This document shows, piece after piece, positions 20,200 through 28,316 of a stretch of DNA of 64,000 bases. The stretch's first letter is position 1. The number at the start of each line of letters is the position of its first letter. A program made the position numbers and the translations under genes. The stretch covers positions 335 to 64,334 of the forward strand of contig QCIH01000007.1 of assembly GCA_003216795.1 (NCBI GenBank), written 5' to 3'. The notes below the pieces were generated by a model that searched no databases, was not told where the DNA came from, and saw nothing but the letters and a program-made list of their open reading frames with translations. This stretch comes from Prochlorococcus sp. AG-402-K16. GTDB taxonomy: Bacteria > Cyanobacteriota > Cyanobacteriia > PCC-6307 > Cyanobiaceae.

Positions 20200-21329
20200 T
20201 GGAATTTAAAAATTTAAAACTAAACAAAAAAACGACATTTATTGTGTGGGTTATAATAATTGCTTTCATAATAGCAGCGCCCACAATACTTCCTGTATTC
20301 AGATTAAATCTTCTTGGTAGATATTTATCCCTAGCAATAGTAGCTCTTGGAGTTGATCTTATATGGGGTTTTACTGGCTTACTTAGCTTAGGACAAGGTA
20401 TATTTTTTGCCCTTGGAGGTTACTGTGCAGCAATGTATCTTCAGATAACAAGCTCTTCTGAATTCCCAAATAATATTCCTGAATTCTTTGGACTTTATGG
20501 AGTTGATAATTTACCTTTCTTTTGGGAGCCATTTAGATCCCCAATATTTAGTTTATTTGCAATCTGGGTTATACCCGCATTAGTCGCAGGAATGCTTGGA
20601 TTTCTTGTTTTTAGAAATAGAATAAAAGGCGTATATTTTTCAATATTAACCCAAGCAGCTCTCTTGGTATTCTTTAATTTATTTAATGGGCAACAAAAAC
20701 TTATAAACGGAACAAATGGATTAAAAACAGATGTAACTCAACTTTTTGGGCAAATGGTTGGTTCAGAACCAATGCAAAGAATGTTTTTTTGGGTAACAGC
20801 ATTATTAGTTATTGCCGCATGGTTTTTTGCAAAGTGGGTAGTTAAAGGGCGATTTGGCAATATTCTTATAGGAATCCGAGATGATGAACCACGAGTTAGG
20901 TTTACAGGATACAATCCAGTGATATTTAAGACGATAATATTTTCTATTGCTGGAGGCCTCGCTGGCATTTCGGGAGCTTTATATACTGTTCAGTCTGGAA
21001 TAGTCTCACCTCAATTTATGACAGTTCCCTTTTCTATAGAAATGGTTATATGGGTTGCAGTTGGAGGGAGAGGAACTTTATTGGGAGCGATACTAGGAGC
21101 AGTTTTCATCAACTATGCAAAAAGTCTAGTAAGTGAAGCTTTACCTGCTAGCTGGATGTTTATTCAAGGAGGGTTATTTATCTTAGTTGTAACAGCTCTG
21201 CCAGAAGGAGTTTTAGGATGGATTCAAGGAGATGGTCCTAGGAATCTTCTTCAAAGATTTGGTTTAAAAAGGAAGATTGAAACCTATCCAAGCTTAGAAG
21301 TTAACAATAAGGAGGGGAATAATGAATAA
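20199..21329 (+). CDS. urtC: urea ABC transporter permease
   Basis: LivM-like permease. TAATG overlap with urtB. Confidence 0.9.
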   Translation: MEFKNLKLNKKTTFIVWVIIIAFIIAAPTILPVFRLNLLGRYLSLAIVALGVDLIWGFTGLLSLGQGIFFALGGYCAAMYLQITSSSEFPNNIPEFFGLYGVDNLPFFWEPFRSPIFSLFAIWVIPALVAGMLGFLVFRNRIKGVYFSILTQAALLVFFNLFNGQQKLINGTNGLKTDVTQLFGQMVGSEPMQRMFFWVTALLVIAAWFFAKWVVKGRFGNILIGIRDDEPRVRFTGYNPVIFKTIIFSIAGGLAGISGALYTVQSGIVSPQFMTVPFSIEMVIWVAVGGRGTLLGAILGAVFINYAKSLVSEALPASWMFIQGGLFILVVTALPEGVLGWIQGDGPRNLLQRFGLKRKIETYPSLEVNNKEGNNE

Positions 21330-22071
21330 TAAATATCTTCTAAAATTAATAGATATTACTGTTAGTTTTGAGGGTTTTTTAGCTCTCAACAAACTTAATT
21401 TAAATTTAAAGAAAGGAGAATTAAGAGCTGTAATAGGACCCAACGGCGCAGGTAAAACAACATTTCTTGATGTAATAACTGGAAAGGTAAAGCCAACAAA
21501 AGGTGAAGTGATTTTTAAAGGGAAATCTTTAGTAGGTAGAAAGGAGCATAAAATAGCCAGACTTGGAGTTGGAAGAAAGTTCCAAAGTCCAAGAATCTTT
21601 GAAAATCTTACAGTTAAAGAAAATCTTGAAATATCGGTGTCAAGTCCTAAAAGTCCCTTAAACCTTATAAATAAGAGTATTAAGGATGAGCAGCTTAATG
21701 AGATTGAACGTCTTATGAAGATTATAAATTTAGCTCAAAAAGTTGACTCTAAAGCTGGTTCTCTATCACATGGCCAAAAACAATGGCTCGAGATAGCCAT
21801 GTTAGTAGGACAGAAGCCAGATTTAATGTTAGTAGATGAACCTGTTGCTGGTTTAACTGATGAAGAAACTGATCTTACAGCTGATTTATTAAAATCTTTA
21901 TCAGGAGAAAATACCGTAGTGGTAATTGATCACGATATGGAATTTATAAGAAGACTTGATAGTAATGTTTCAGTATTAAATCAAGGCACAGTATTATGTG
22001 AGGGGACAATGGAAACTATTCAAAAGGACCAAAAAGTTATTGACGTTTATCTAGGAAGGCCTGAGGACTAG
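21322..22071 (+). CDS. urtD: urea ABC transporter ATP-binding protein
   Basis: Walker A GPNGAGKTT, signature LSHGQKQ and Walker B LMLVDEP. Confidence 0.9.
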   Translation: MNNKYLLKLIDITVSFEGFLALNKLNLNLKKGELRAVIGPNGAGKTTFLDVITGKVKPTKGEVIFKGKSLVGRKEHKIARLGVGRKFQSPRIFENLTVKENLEISVSSPKSPLNLINKSIKDEQLNEIERLMKIINLAQKVDSKAGSLSHGQKQWLEIAMLVGQKPDLMLVDEPVAGLTDEETDLTADLLKSLSGENTVVVIDHDMEFIRRLDSNVSVLNQGTVLCEGTMETIQKDQKVIDVYLGRPED

Positions 22072-22073
22072 TT

Positions 22074-22784
22074 ATGGAAAATTTACTTGAAATTAAATCA
22101 TTAAATACATATTACGGCGAAAGTCATATTCTCAGAGATGTAGATTTAAATGTTCAATCTGGCGAAATGGTTTGTTTGATTGGAAGAAATGGAGTTGGCA
22201 AAACAACTTTATTGAAATCACTAATTGGTTTGTTAAAGCAAAAAAAAGGAGATATTTATTTGCTTGGAGAAAATATCAATAGAAAAGCACCTCATCAGCG
22301 AGCTAGAAAAGGTATGGCCTACGTTCCACAAGGGAGGGAAATCATTCCATATCTATCAGTTGAAGAAAATCTTATGTTAGGAATGGAGTCTCTGCCAGGT
22401 GGATTATCTAAGAACAAAAAAATAGATACATTTATTTATGATCTCTTCCCAATTCTAAAAGATTTTTTACAAAGGAAAGGAGGAGATCTTAGTGGAGGGC
22501 AACAACAGCAACTAGCTATTGCTAGAGCGTTGCTGGGCAAACCTCAACTTCTATTACTTGACGAACCAACAGAGGGTATTCAGCCTAATATAGTTCTAGA
22601 CATTGAAAATGCAATCAATCAGATAATTAAAGATACAGGAATCGGAGTTCTATTAATTGAACAACATTTGCATTTTGTAAGACAAGCCAATAGATATTAT
22701 GCAATGCAACGCGGAGGTATTGTTGCTAGCGGAAATACTAGTGAGTTGAGTCAAGCGGTTATTGATAAATTCTTGAGTGTTTAA
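22074..22784 (+). CDS. urtE: urea ABC transporter ATP-binding protein
   Basis: Walker A GRNGVGKTT, signature LSGGQQQ and Walker B LLLLDEP. Confidence 0.9.
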   Translation: MENLLEIKSLNTYYGESHILRDVDLNVQSGEMVCLIGRNGVGKTTLLKSLIGLLKQKKGDIYLLGENINRKAPHQRARKGMAYVPQGREIIPYLSVEENLMLGMESLPGGLSKNKKIDTFIYDLFPILKDFLQRKGGDLSGGQQQQLAIARALLGKPQLLLLDEPTEGIQPNIVLDIENAINQIIKDTGIGVLLIEQHLHFVRQANRYYAMQRGGIVASGNTSELSQAVIDKFLSV

Positions 22785-22819
22785 ATTGATTATTTTTTTA
22801 AATTAATAAAAAAATGTAT

Positions 22820-22999
22820 TCATTTTTCGCATCTTATAAGGTCTATGCTATTTGGATGCTCATTAATATATTTATTAAATTCCATTGCTAGTGTTCTAGC
22901 CTCATAAGCGTCAAAAGCATAAAAACAATTTTCTAATCTTATATTTTGAAAATCACGGTAATGGACTGTATATGGCTTCAACATATTATTTTTATTCAT
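22820..22999 (-). CDS. 59-aa hypothetical protein (candidate, below ORF-track cutoff)
   Basis: Hand translation: MNKNNMLKPYTVHYRDFQNIRLENCFYAFDAYEARTLAMEFNKYINEHPNSIDLIRCEK. It fills the gap after urtE. Confidence 0.4.
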   Translation of the reverse strand: MNKNNMLKPYTVHYRDFQNIRLENCFYAFDAYEARTLAMEFNKYINEHPNSIDLIRCEK

Positions 23000-23135
23000 T
23001 TTAATTTGCTAAAAAGCAATAATGTATATTTCAACCATGCATATATTCTTAAATTTAAAGCACAACTTTTGTTGTTATCAAAATATATTGACTGAAATTA
23101 TGTAATTAAAAATACTTTATAAAGACAAAAAGTAA

Positions 23136-23249
23136 TTAATCAATTTTTTTTTTTTTAGAATCTTGCTCTTTACCTTCTATTAAAAAAACAAATTTTGATA
23201 AAATATAACCAAAAACTGGGACCCAAAACTTTTCATAAAAAAATTTCAT
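23136..23249 (-). CDS. 37-aa membrane micro-protein (candidate)
   Basis: Codon-by-codon translation: MKFFYEKFWVPVFGYILSKFVFLIEGKEQDSKKKKID. Starts 5 nt after the stop of the upstream 57-aa ORF. Confidence 0.35.
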   Translation of the reverse strand: MKFFYEKFWVPVFGYILSKFVFLIEGKEQDSKKKKID

Positions 23250-23253
23250 AAAA

Positions 23254-23427
23254 TTAAGCAGCTAATGATTCGTTATCTTCAATTTCAGTTTTATTAATAC
23301 ACTTCAAATCTGTAGAATTAAATATGTATTGCATAAGCAGAAAATCAAGTTCCCCTTTCAACAAATTAACATCGGATGAAAGTAGATCATCAACAAAATC
23401 ATCAAAAGTATCTGAAAGAAGATTCAC
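23254..23427 (-). CDS. 57-aa acidic hypothetical protein, GTG start (candidate)
   Basis: Hand translation: (M)NLLSDTFDDFVDDLLSSDVNLLKGELDFLLMQYIFNSTDLKCINKTEIEDNESLAA. A sigma70-like promoter lies just upstream. Confidence 0.35.
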   Translation of the reverse strand: MNLLSDTFDDFVDDLLSSDVNLLKGELDFLLMQYIFNSTDLKCINKTEIEDNESLAA

Positions 23428-23448
23428 AATTTAAAATTTATTTTTGCC

Positions 23449-23477
23449 ATTATCATCGCATTAACAATAAAAGTCAA
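23449..23477 (-). promoter_or_regulatory. sigma70-like promoter TTGACT-N17-GATAAT
   Basis: On the minus strand, TTGACT is the complement of 23472-23477 and GATAAT is the complement of 23449-23454, with a 17-nt spacer. It lies about 20 nt upstream of GTG 23427. Confidence 0.35.
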
Positions 23478-23820
23478 CCAAATTCTAAAATTAACTATTG
23501 AACTATTTGAAAATTAATTAATAAACTAAAAAATTAAATAATAAATATAAACAAGCAAAATAACAAATTTAATATAAAGCTTAGGTTTTTTGAATTAAAT
23601 TTCATTTATCTTGCTTTTCTTAATTTTATATCTCCTGATTTGCATTATCAAAACGACAATACACATATTTGCTAAAAAACAAATTTAAAGAATCCATCAT
23701 CAAACCTTTTAATATATTTATAGTAAGAGTATTGATGTGCAAATCAGGAAAGAATCTCTTAAAAAATTCATAAAAGTAATAAATTTTTTTAACAATCAAA
23801 TTTGATATTAATAGCTAATT

Positions 23821-24141
23821 TTAAATATTATTTTTAATTAGCTCGAAGTAACCATTTTTATTTAATAAGTACTTATCAAACCAAAGGCTTAATAGATTGT
23901 CTAATCCTATTCCATTCATTTTATTTATTTGCGAAGTCTTATAGTCTGATAGTGCAAGCAATAAATAAGGGAAAATCATATCTGAAACTCCTTTGGGGAG
24001 TTTTTCCAAAGGTACTCCATGGGCTCTATCCCATAAAATTTGCATATCCTGGGAGAACAAAGAACTCCAATAACTGAAATTACAATATAACTTGTCTGGG
24101 GGGAGTAGATTTACAGATAGAACTGGGAGAGATGAATTCAT
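23821..24141 (-). CDS. hypothetical protein, 106 aa
   Basis: ORF-track frame with no recognisable motif. Lies 127 nt downstream of the RHH gene on the same strand. Confidence 0.5.
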   Translation of the reverse strand: MNSSLPVLSVNLLPPDKLYCNFSYWSSLFSQDMQILWDRAHGVPLEKLPKGVSDMIFPYLLLALSDYKTSQINKMNGIGLDNLLSLWFDKYLLNKNGYFELIKNNI

Positions 24142-24268
24142 AGGAATAAATATTTTATAGATTAATTGAATTTAGGTTTTTGAAATGGTGAGAAATAACT
24201 TTAATATGCGAATCTCCTATAAATACAAATTAAACTTAACTCACAGTGTATCACCTAGCAACACTTTA

Positions 24269-24667
24269 TTAAGTGTTATATTTATCCATCATTTCCTGAA
24301 ATTTTAGGAATGATAAAAACTTTTTATAAGTTTGAAAGTCAAAAGCTTCCCGATTCTCCTCATTTAAATGGATTGATTTACTAGGAACAAAATGATTTCC
24401 TAAGTTATTATCAATTGAGAGTTTTGCTTTATCTAAAAAGTCACCAGAATTATCAAATAAGTTTTGCGAATAATCTTCATTTAGTTGATATGATTGAGTT
24501 ACTTTACCAATTTTTTTATTAAATATACCTCTCATAGAAAGTGCTTCTTCTACCAAAATACTTATTATTTTTGAATTACTTAAATTATTCTCTATGCTCA
24601 ACTTGTCAATTATTCTCATAACATCTTCTCTAGGAATAAAACCAACTCTTTTTTTCTTAGTAGGCAT
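24269..24667 (-). CDS. ribbon-helix-helix (CopG/Arc/MetJ-like) DNA-binding protein with a long C-terminal extension
   Basis: N-terminus KKKRVGFIPREDVMRIIDKLSIENNLSNSKIISILVEEAL fits the beta-strand, helix A, helix B pattern of RHH domains. Confidence 0.6.
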   Translation of the reverse strand: MPTKKKRVGFIPREDVMRIIDKLSIENNLSNSKIISILVEEALSMRGIFNKKIGKVTQSYQLNEDYSQNLFDNSGDFLDKAKLSIDNNLGNHFVPSKSIHLNEENREAFDFQTYKKFLSFLKFQEMMDKYNT

Positions 24668-24692
24668 TTAAAAATTAATTAAAGTTCAGCAC

Positions 24693-24727
24693 TTGACTCT
24701 AATAAGTGTTGCACTATATTCATTATA
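24693..24727. promoter_or_regulatory. back-to-back divergent promoters between the RHH gene and a 51-aa ORF
   Basis: Plus strand: TTGACT (24693-98), N16, TATATT (24715-20). Minus strand: perfect TATAAT (complement of 24722-27). A short inverted repeat CACTT-N9-AAGTG (24690-24708) lies in the RHH leader. Confidence 0.35.
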
Positions 24728-24737
24728 AGTCAATTAA

Positions 24738-24893
24738 ATGCTTATGATTTTGCCCACAACCTTACTTTTAGGAGCCCTTGGATATCTTTTCTACATCTCA
24801 AAAAAAGAACTCTTACTAGATCATCATGACCATCTAGAAAACCAAAAAGAGAATGATGATTTGTATAAAGATTTGGAAGATCTATTTATTTAA
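24738..24893 (+). CDS. 51-aa single-pass membrane micro-protein (candidate)
   Basis: Hand translation: MLMILPTTLLLGALGYLFYISKKELLLDHHDHLENQKENDDLYKDLEDLFI. Confidence 0.4.
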   Translation: MLMILPTTLLLGALGYLFYISKKELLLDHHDHLENQKENDDLYKDLEDLFI

Positions 24894-24980
24894 AAATACT
24901 GTATATACATTAAAGAACTTTGTTTCTTGACTAAAGATATACAAAACCTTAAACATAATTAGAATAATATTAATAAAGCT

Positions 24981-25286
24981 ATGAATTCAATGACTGTCCA
25001 TCAAGATTATGAAATAAAAATCAATCTAAATGAATTGATCGAGAAGAGAATCCCATGTTGTGATTTACTTCATCCAGATCATTGTCTAACAGAAAAACAA
25101 GTCTCTGAAATTGCACATGACATTCGTATGGATTTAAATTTGCATGATCTTTATAAGCAAGTTGATCAACATATTATGAATTATGTAAATGCAGCTGGAA
25201 TTGATAACAAAGATCATTGGGTTGAACCTCATCTTCCAGATTTGGATAGAAATTTAAAAGAAGAAGTTGGAATAGAATTTGATTAA
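24981..25286 (+). CDS. hypothetical acidic protein, 101 aa
   Basis: ORF-track frame with no recognisable motif. Confidence 0.5.
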   Translation: MNSMTVHQDYEIKINLNELIEKRIPCCDLLHPDHCLTEKQVSEIAHDIRMDLNLHDLYKQVDQHIMNYVNAAGIDNKDHWVEPHLPDLDRNLKEEVGIEFD

Positions 25287-25307
25287 TCTTTTTTCTTACA
25301 AAAGAAA

Positions 25308-25457
25308 TTAATATATGTATTTTTTTTCCAAATCATCTATTAATTTATAAATACTTTTTGGGGATCTCTTTCTTTTTTTTAAAATTGTAAAAACTATAAA
25401 TCCAATTAATATTGCAAAAATAGGTGTGAAAATAATAATCTCATGATCCATAACCAT
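25308..25457 (-). CDS. 49-aa single-pass membrane micro-protein (candidate)
   Basis: Codon-by-codon translation: MVMDHEIIIFTPIFAILIGFIVFTILKKRKRSPKSIYKLIDDLEKKYIY. Confidence 0.4.
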   Translation of the reverse strand: MVMDHEIIIFTPIFAILIGFIVFTILKKRKRSPKSIYKLIDDLEKKYIY

Positions 25458-25599
25458 CAAAAATAAGCATATTATTTAAATTATTAAAAAGTCTTCATGA
25501 ATAAAATAGGTACTTTATACAAATATTTTTAGCTATAAACAATTAAGAATTTTTATAAAAAAGTGAAAGAACTAAGAATTTTTTTTAAATTATGTAAAG

Positions 25600-25806
25600 A
25601 TGAATTTTAATTCAATAAAGATAATGATTAATTATTTTGCCTTAACAGTAACTGAGATGGGGATCAGTAAAATAGAATTAGCAGTTATTGGATCAGTAAT
25701 ATTAATATTTCCAATTTTATTTGTTTATGCATCTAAAAACCTTGATGCTAAGGGAGTTTTTGAATGGATGATGGAGAAACCCAATGATTGGGTAGGTAAA
25801 AAATAA
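25600..25806 (+). CDS. small membrane protein, 68 aa (start uncertain)
   Basis: ORF-track frame with one TM helix (LAVIGSVILIFPILFVYA). Internal Met starts are possible. Confidence 0.4.
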   Translation: MNFNSIKIMINYFALTVTEMGISKIELAVIGSVILIFPILFVYASKNLDAKGVFEWMMEKPNDWVGKK

Positions 25807-25827
25807 TACTTTAACAATTTATATTTT

Positions 25828-26169
25828 TTAGTTAAATTTTAAATTTTCTAAATTACTAATTTCAAAATCATAAACCTGGCAATTATTTTCTAAATCATTA
25901 ACTATTGAATTTTTTAGAAGAGAATAATCTATCAACTTATTGAGTTTATTATTTTTAAATTCCTTATTAGTCTCTCCAATAGCAAAAGCCAAAGCTCCTT
26001 CATAAGAAATACCGAATTTGGTAGTATTGCAGTAAGTTCTAGTGAATTTGTTAGAAATCTTTTTAGTATACTTTTCAAGAGTTTTAAAAGAAGTATCTAA
26101 TGAGTAAACTGGACTACTAAATAGAAAAAGCAAAGTTAAAGTGAATATCGCAAAAACCCTTTTGATCAT
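25828..26169 (-). CDS. secreted hypothetical protein (113 aa from MIKRVF)
   Basis: Signal peptide MIKRVFAIFTLTLLFLFSSPVYS. The longer ORF-track version begins at a TTG. Confidence 0.5.
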   Translation of the reverse strand: MIKRVFAIFTLTLLFLFSSPVYSLDTSFKTLEKYTKKISNKFTRTYCNTTKFGISYEGALAFAIGETNKEFKNNKLNKLIDYSLLKNSIVNDLENNCQVYDFEISNLENLKFN

Positions 26170-26535
26170 AATATTACAAAAATTGCAAATTAAATATAGT
26201 TTAAAATTTAACTCTGCCGACAATGTTTTATTAAAAATATAGAAATTAAAAATTTATTAACCAAAACAGCTATTTCATATCTTGGATGATAAAAAATCTC
26301 TAAATGAGTATTTTATAGTTTGCATTTTTTTGGTAATTTTTTTAAAAAAAACCTTAATGCTTTTGACATAATAAAAAATCTATATCAATAATTAATAGAT
26401 AACAAATAATACATGGGTATTCAATAAAGAATTATCCAAAAATAAGTAAATTAATTATTAAATATATGGATTGAGCTATGGAAATGTATTTAAACATGAA
26501 TTACTGTTTAATTAAGTATTAAATACAAAATTAAT

Positions 26536-26730
26536 ATGGCACTACCAGAACTTATTTATGCTCCTATAGATGGCGGCACAATACATAGATATGAAATTAG
26601 TGGTGGCAAGAGAAAATTTTTAAGATTTATAGGTTGTTATTTGGGTCAATGTAATTTCCACAAAAATATTGATGATGCTATTGATTACATAAAAAATTTG
26701 AAAGAATCACAAAAGATACAAAAAACATGA
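26536..26730 (+). CDS. hypothetical protein, 64 aa
   Basis: ORF-track frame with no motif recognised. Confidence 0.4.
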   Translation: MALPELIYAPIDGGTIHRYEISGGKRKFLRFIGCYLGQCNFHKNIDDAIDYIKNLKESQKIQKT

Positions 26731-26888
26731 AATAAAGATACAAAGATACGATAGAGACTAAATATTTTTCGATAACTACATAATTATTGCTACAAATAAT
26801 AGAGAATTTTCTTTTTATGAGAAATTGATTATTTACTTGGGTTATAGTTCCGAAAGATAAACAGTCATTTAAAAAAAGAAATTAATTT

Positions 26889-28211
26889 ATGGAAAACAGA
26901 CAAATTAATTTTTTTAAATCAAAAGACTTTAATACCGTTCTTAAGCCATTTAAAAAAGGAACGGTAGTAAAAATTGACTCGTTTGATATTAGAGAAAATC
27001 AAAAAGATTTAAATATAGGTTTATTTGGTTGGTATGCAATTTGTCCCTCTAAAGAACTAAAAAAAAATAAGCTTTATTATTTTTCACTCTATGATGAGCC
27101 TCTTGTTCTTTATAGAGATGAAAATAAAAATGTTAGGTGCATTAAGAATATTTGTCCACATAGAGGGGCTTCCTTTTTTGGAGGGACATTATCAGATGGA
27201 GTAATAACCTGTCCATATCATGGAGCTAAGTTTTCATCTGGAGGAAGTTGCCAAAATCTCGACAGAATAACATGTCGCCATATAGTTGATAAAAACTATG
27301 ATAACTACGCCAAAAGAATTCATTTATCTCAATACAAAACTTCAGAAAAGAATGGATATATTTTTGTACATTTTTCTAAAAAATCTGAGACTAATTTAAA
27401 TAATATAAATGAAGATACACCTATAAGTAACTACGAATTATATGAAAATGGATTTTCACATAAGGATTATGTCTATGAGGAGGTACTAGTCGACTTCAAA
27501 TGTGATTGGTCAAGGATTATTGAAAATCACCTAGATATCCTTCACATCTTTTGGGTTCATGGCGATACAATCCCAGATAAAGATGTAAATAAAAATGTAT
27601 TAGTTAGTTTTAACCAGAAAATTAATATTAATCCCAAATACATTGAAAGTATTTATTATTACAAGAATGACCCTACAAAAGAATTTATTCGGATAAAATA
27701 TATACCTCCAGGAAGGATATTAATTTACAAAGGCGATCCCTCCTCATCAAGATATTTGCAAGTTTTAGATCATATACCTTTAGGAAACAACAAAGCAAGA
27801 GTCATAGTGAGACACTACAGGAAATTCCTACAAAATAAACTGATTAATAATCTTTTATTATTTAAAGAGACTCAAAGAAAGATTTTTTATAAGATATTCG
27901 ATGAGGATTATATGATTTTAAAAACACAAACATATAATCACGATATGGGATTTATAAGTAAGGATGAAATAAAATTATTGGGAGAAGATAGGATAATAAA
28001 TTATTTTTGGAAGTGGTACAAGAAGTCTGAAGATAAAGATGAACCATGGAAAAATGTTTACAAAACTCAAAATCTTGATGTATATGACAAAGTGATATTG
28101 AAATATCCTCCTGAGATAAAGAAGTTAGAAATTGCAAATAATATAGATATTATTAGAAAAACATTTGTAAGATTTGCCGCTCCGCTTATATTTTTTATGT
28201 TAATAATATAA
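26889..28211 (+). CDS. Rieske [2Fe-2S] non-haem-iron oxygenase of the CAO/PaO/Tic55 type; candidate Prochlorococcus-type chlorophyllide a oxygenase
   Basis: Rieske motif CPHRG...CPYHG. Mononuclear iron motif ENHLDILHIFWVH (E-x3-D-x2-H-x4-H). C-terminal TM anchor FAAPLIFFMLII. The CAO assignment is recollection, not shown by the sequence. Confidence 0.85.
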   Translation: MENRQINFFKSKDFNTVLKPFKKGTVVKIDSFDIRENQKDLNIGLFGWYAICPSKELKKNKLYYFSLYDEPLVLYRDENKNVRCIKNICPHRGASFFGGTLSDGVITCPYHGAKFSSGGSCQNLDRITCRHIVDKNYDNYAKRIHLSQYKTSEKNGYIFVHFSKKSETNLNNINEDTPISNYELYENGFSHKDYVYEEVLVDFKCDWSRIIENHLDILHIFWVHGDTIPDKDVNKNVLVSFNQKININPKYIESIYYYKNDPTKEFIRIKYIPPGRILIYKGDPSSSRYLQVLDHIPLGNNKARVIVRHYRKFLQNKLINNLLLFKETQRKIFYKIFDEDYMILKTQTYNHDMGFISKDEIKLLGEDRIINYFWKWYKKSEDKDEPWKNVYKTQNLDVYDKVILKYPPEIKKLEIANNIDIIRKTFVRFAAPLIFFMLII

Positions 28212-28214
28212 TTT

Positions 28215-28316
28215 ATGAAAAAAGTAGATAGACCTTCATGGTTGAATTGGCTTTATCTCTTTATATTTATTTTAAGCTCGATTCAATTGATTATATTTTG
28301 GAGTAATAAGTTTTAA
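28215..28316 (+). CDS. 33-aa membrane micro-protein, translationally coupled to the ABC ATPase (candidate)
   Basis: Hand translation: MKKVDRPSWLNWLYLFIFILSSIQLIIFWSNKF. ATG lies 3 nt after the Rieske stop, and the stop overlaps the next ATG (TAATG at 28314-28318). Confidence 0.4.
   Translation: MKKVDRPSWLNWLYLFIFILSSIQLIIFWSNKF

Noticed and set aside
23634-23748. An 11-bp inverted repeat CCTGATTTGCA / TGCAAATCAGG separated by 93 nt.
   Set aside because: A rough estimate for this base composition gives several inverted repeats of 11 bp or more within 100 nt by chance in 64 kb, so it is not significant alone. It is kept only as supporting detail for the spacer finding.
25544-25583. An 11-nt direct repeat TAAGAATTTTT occurring twice, 29 nt apart, upstream of the 68-aa ORF.
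   Set aside because: It is an AT-only 11-mer. The expected number of such repeats by chance in this window is greater than 1, and no known operator pattern fits it.
26714-26754. A cluster of GATAC/GATAG pentamers at the end of the 64-aa ORF, about 140 nt upstream of the Rieske gene.
   Set aside because: These are short degenerate repeats, partly within coding sequence, with irregular spacing. I have no basis to call them a binding site.
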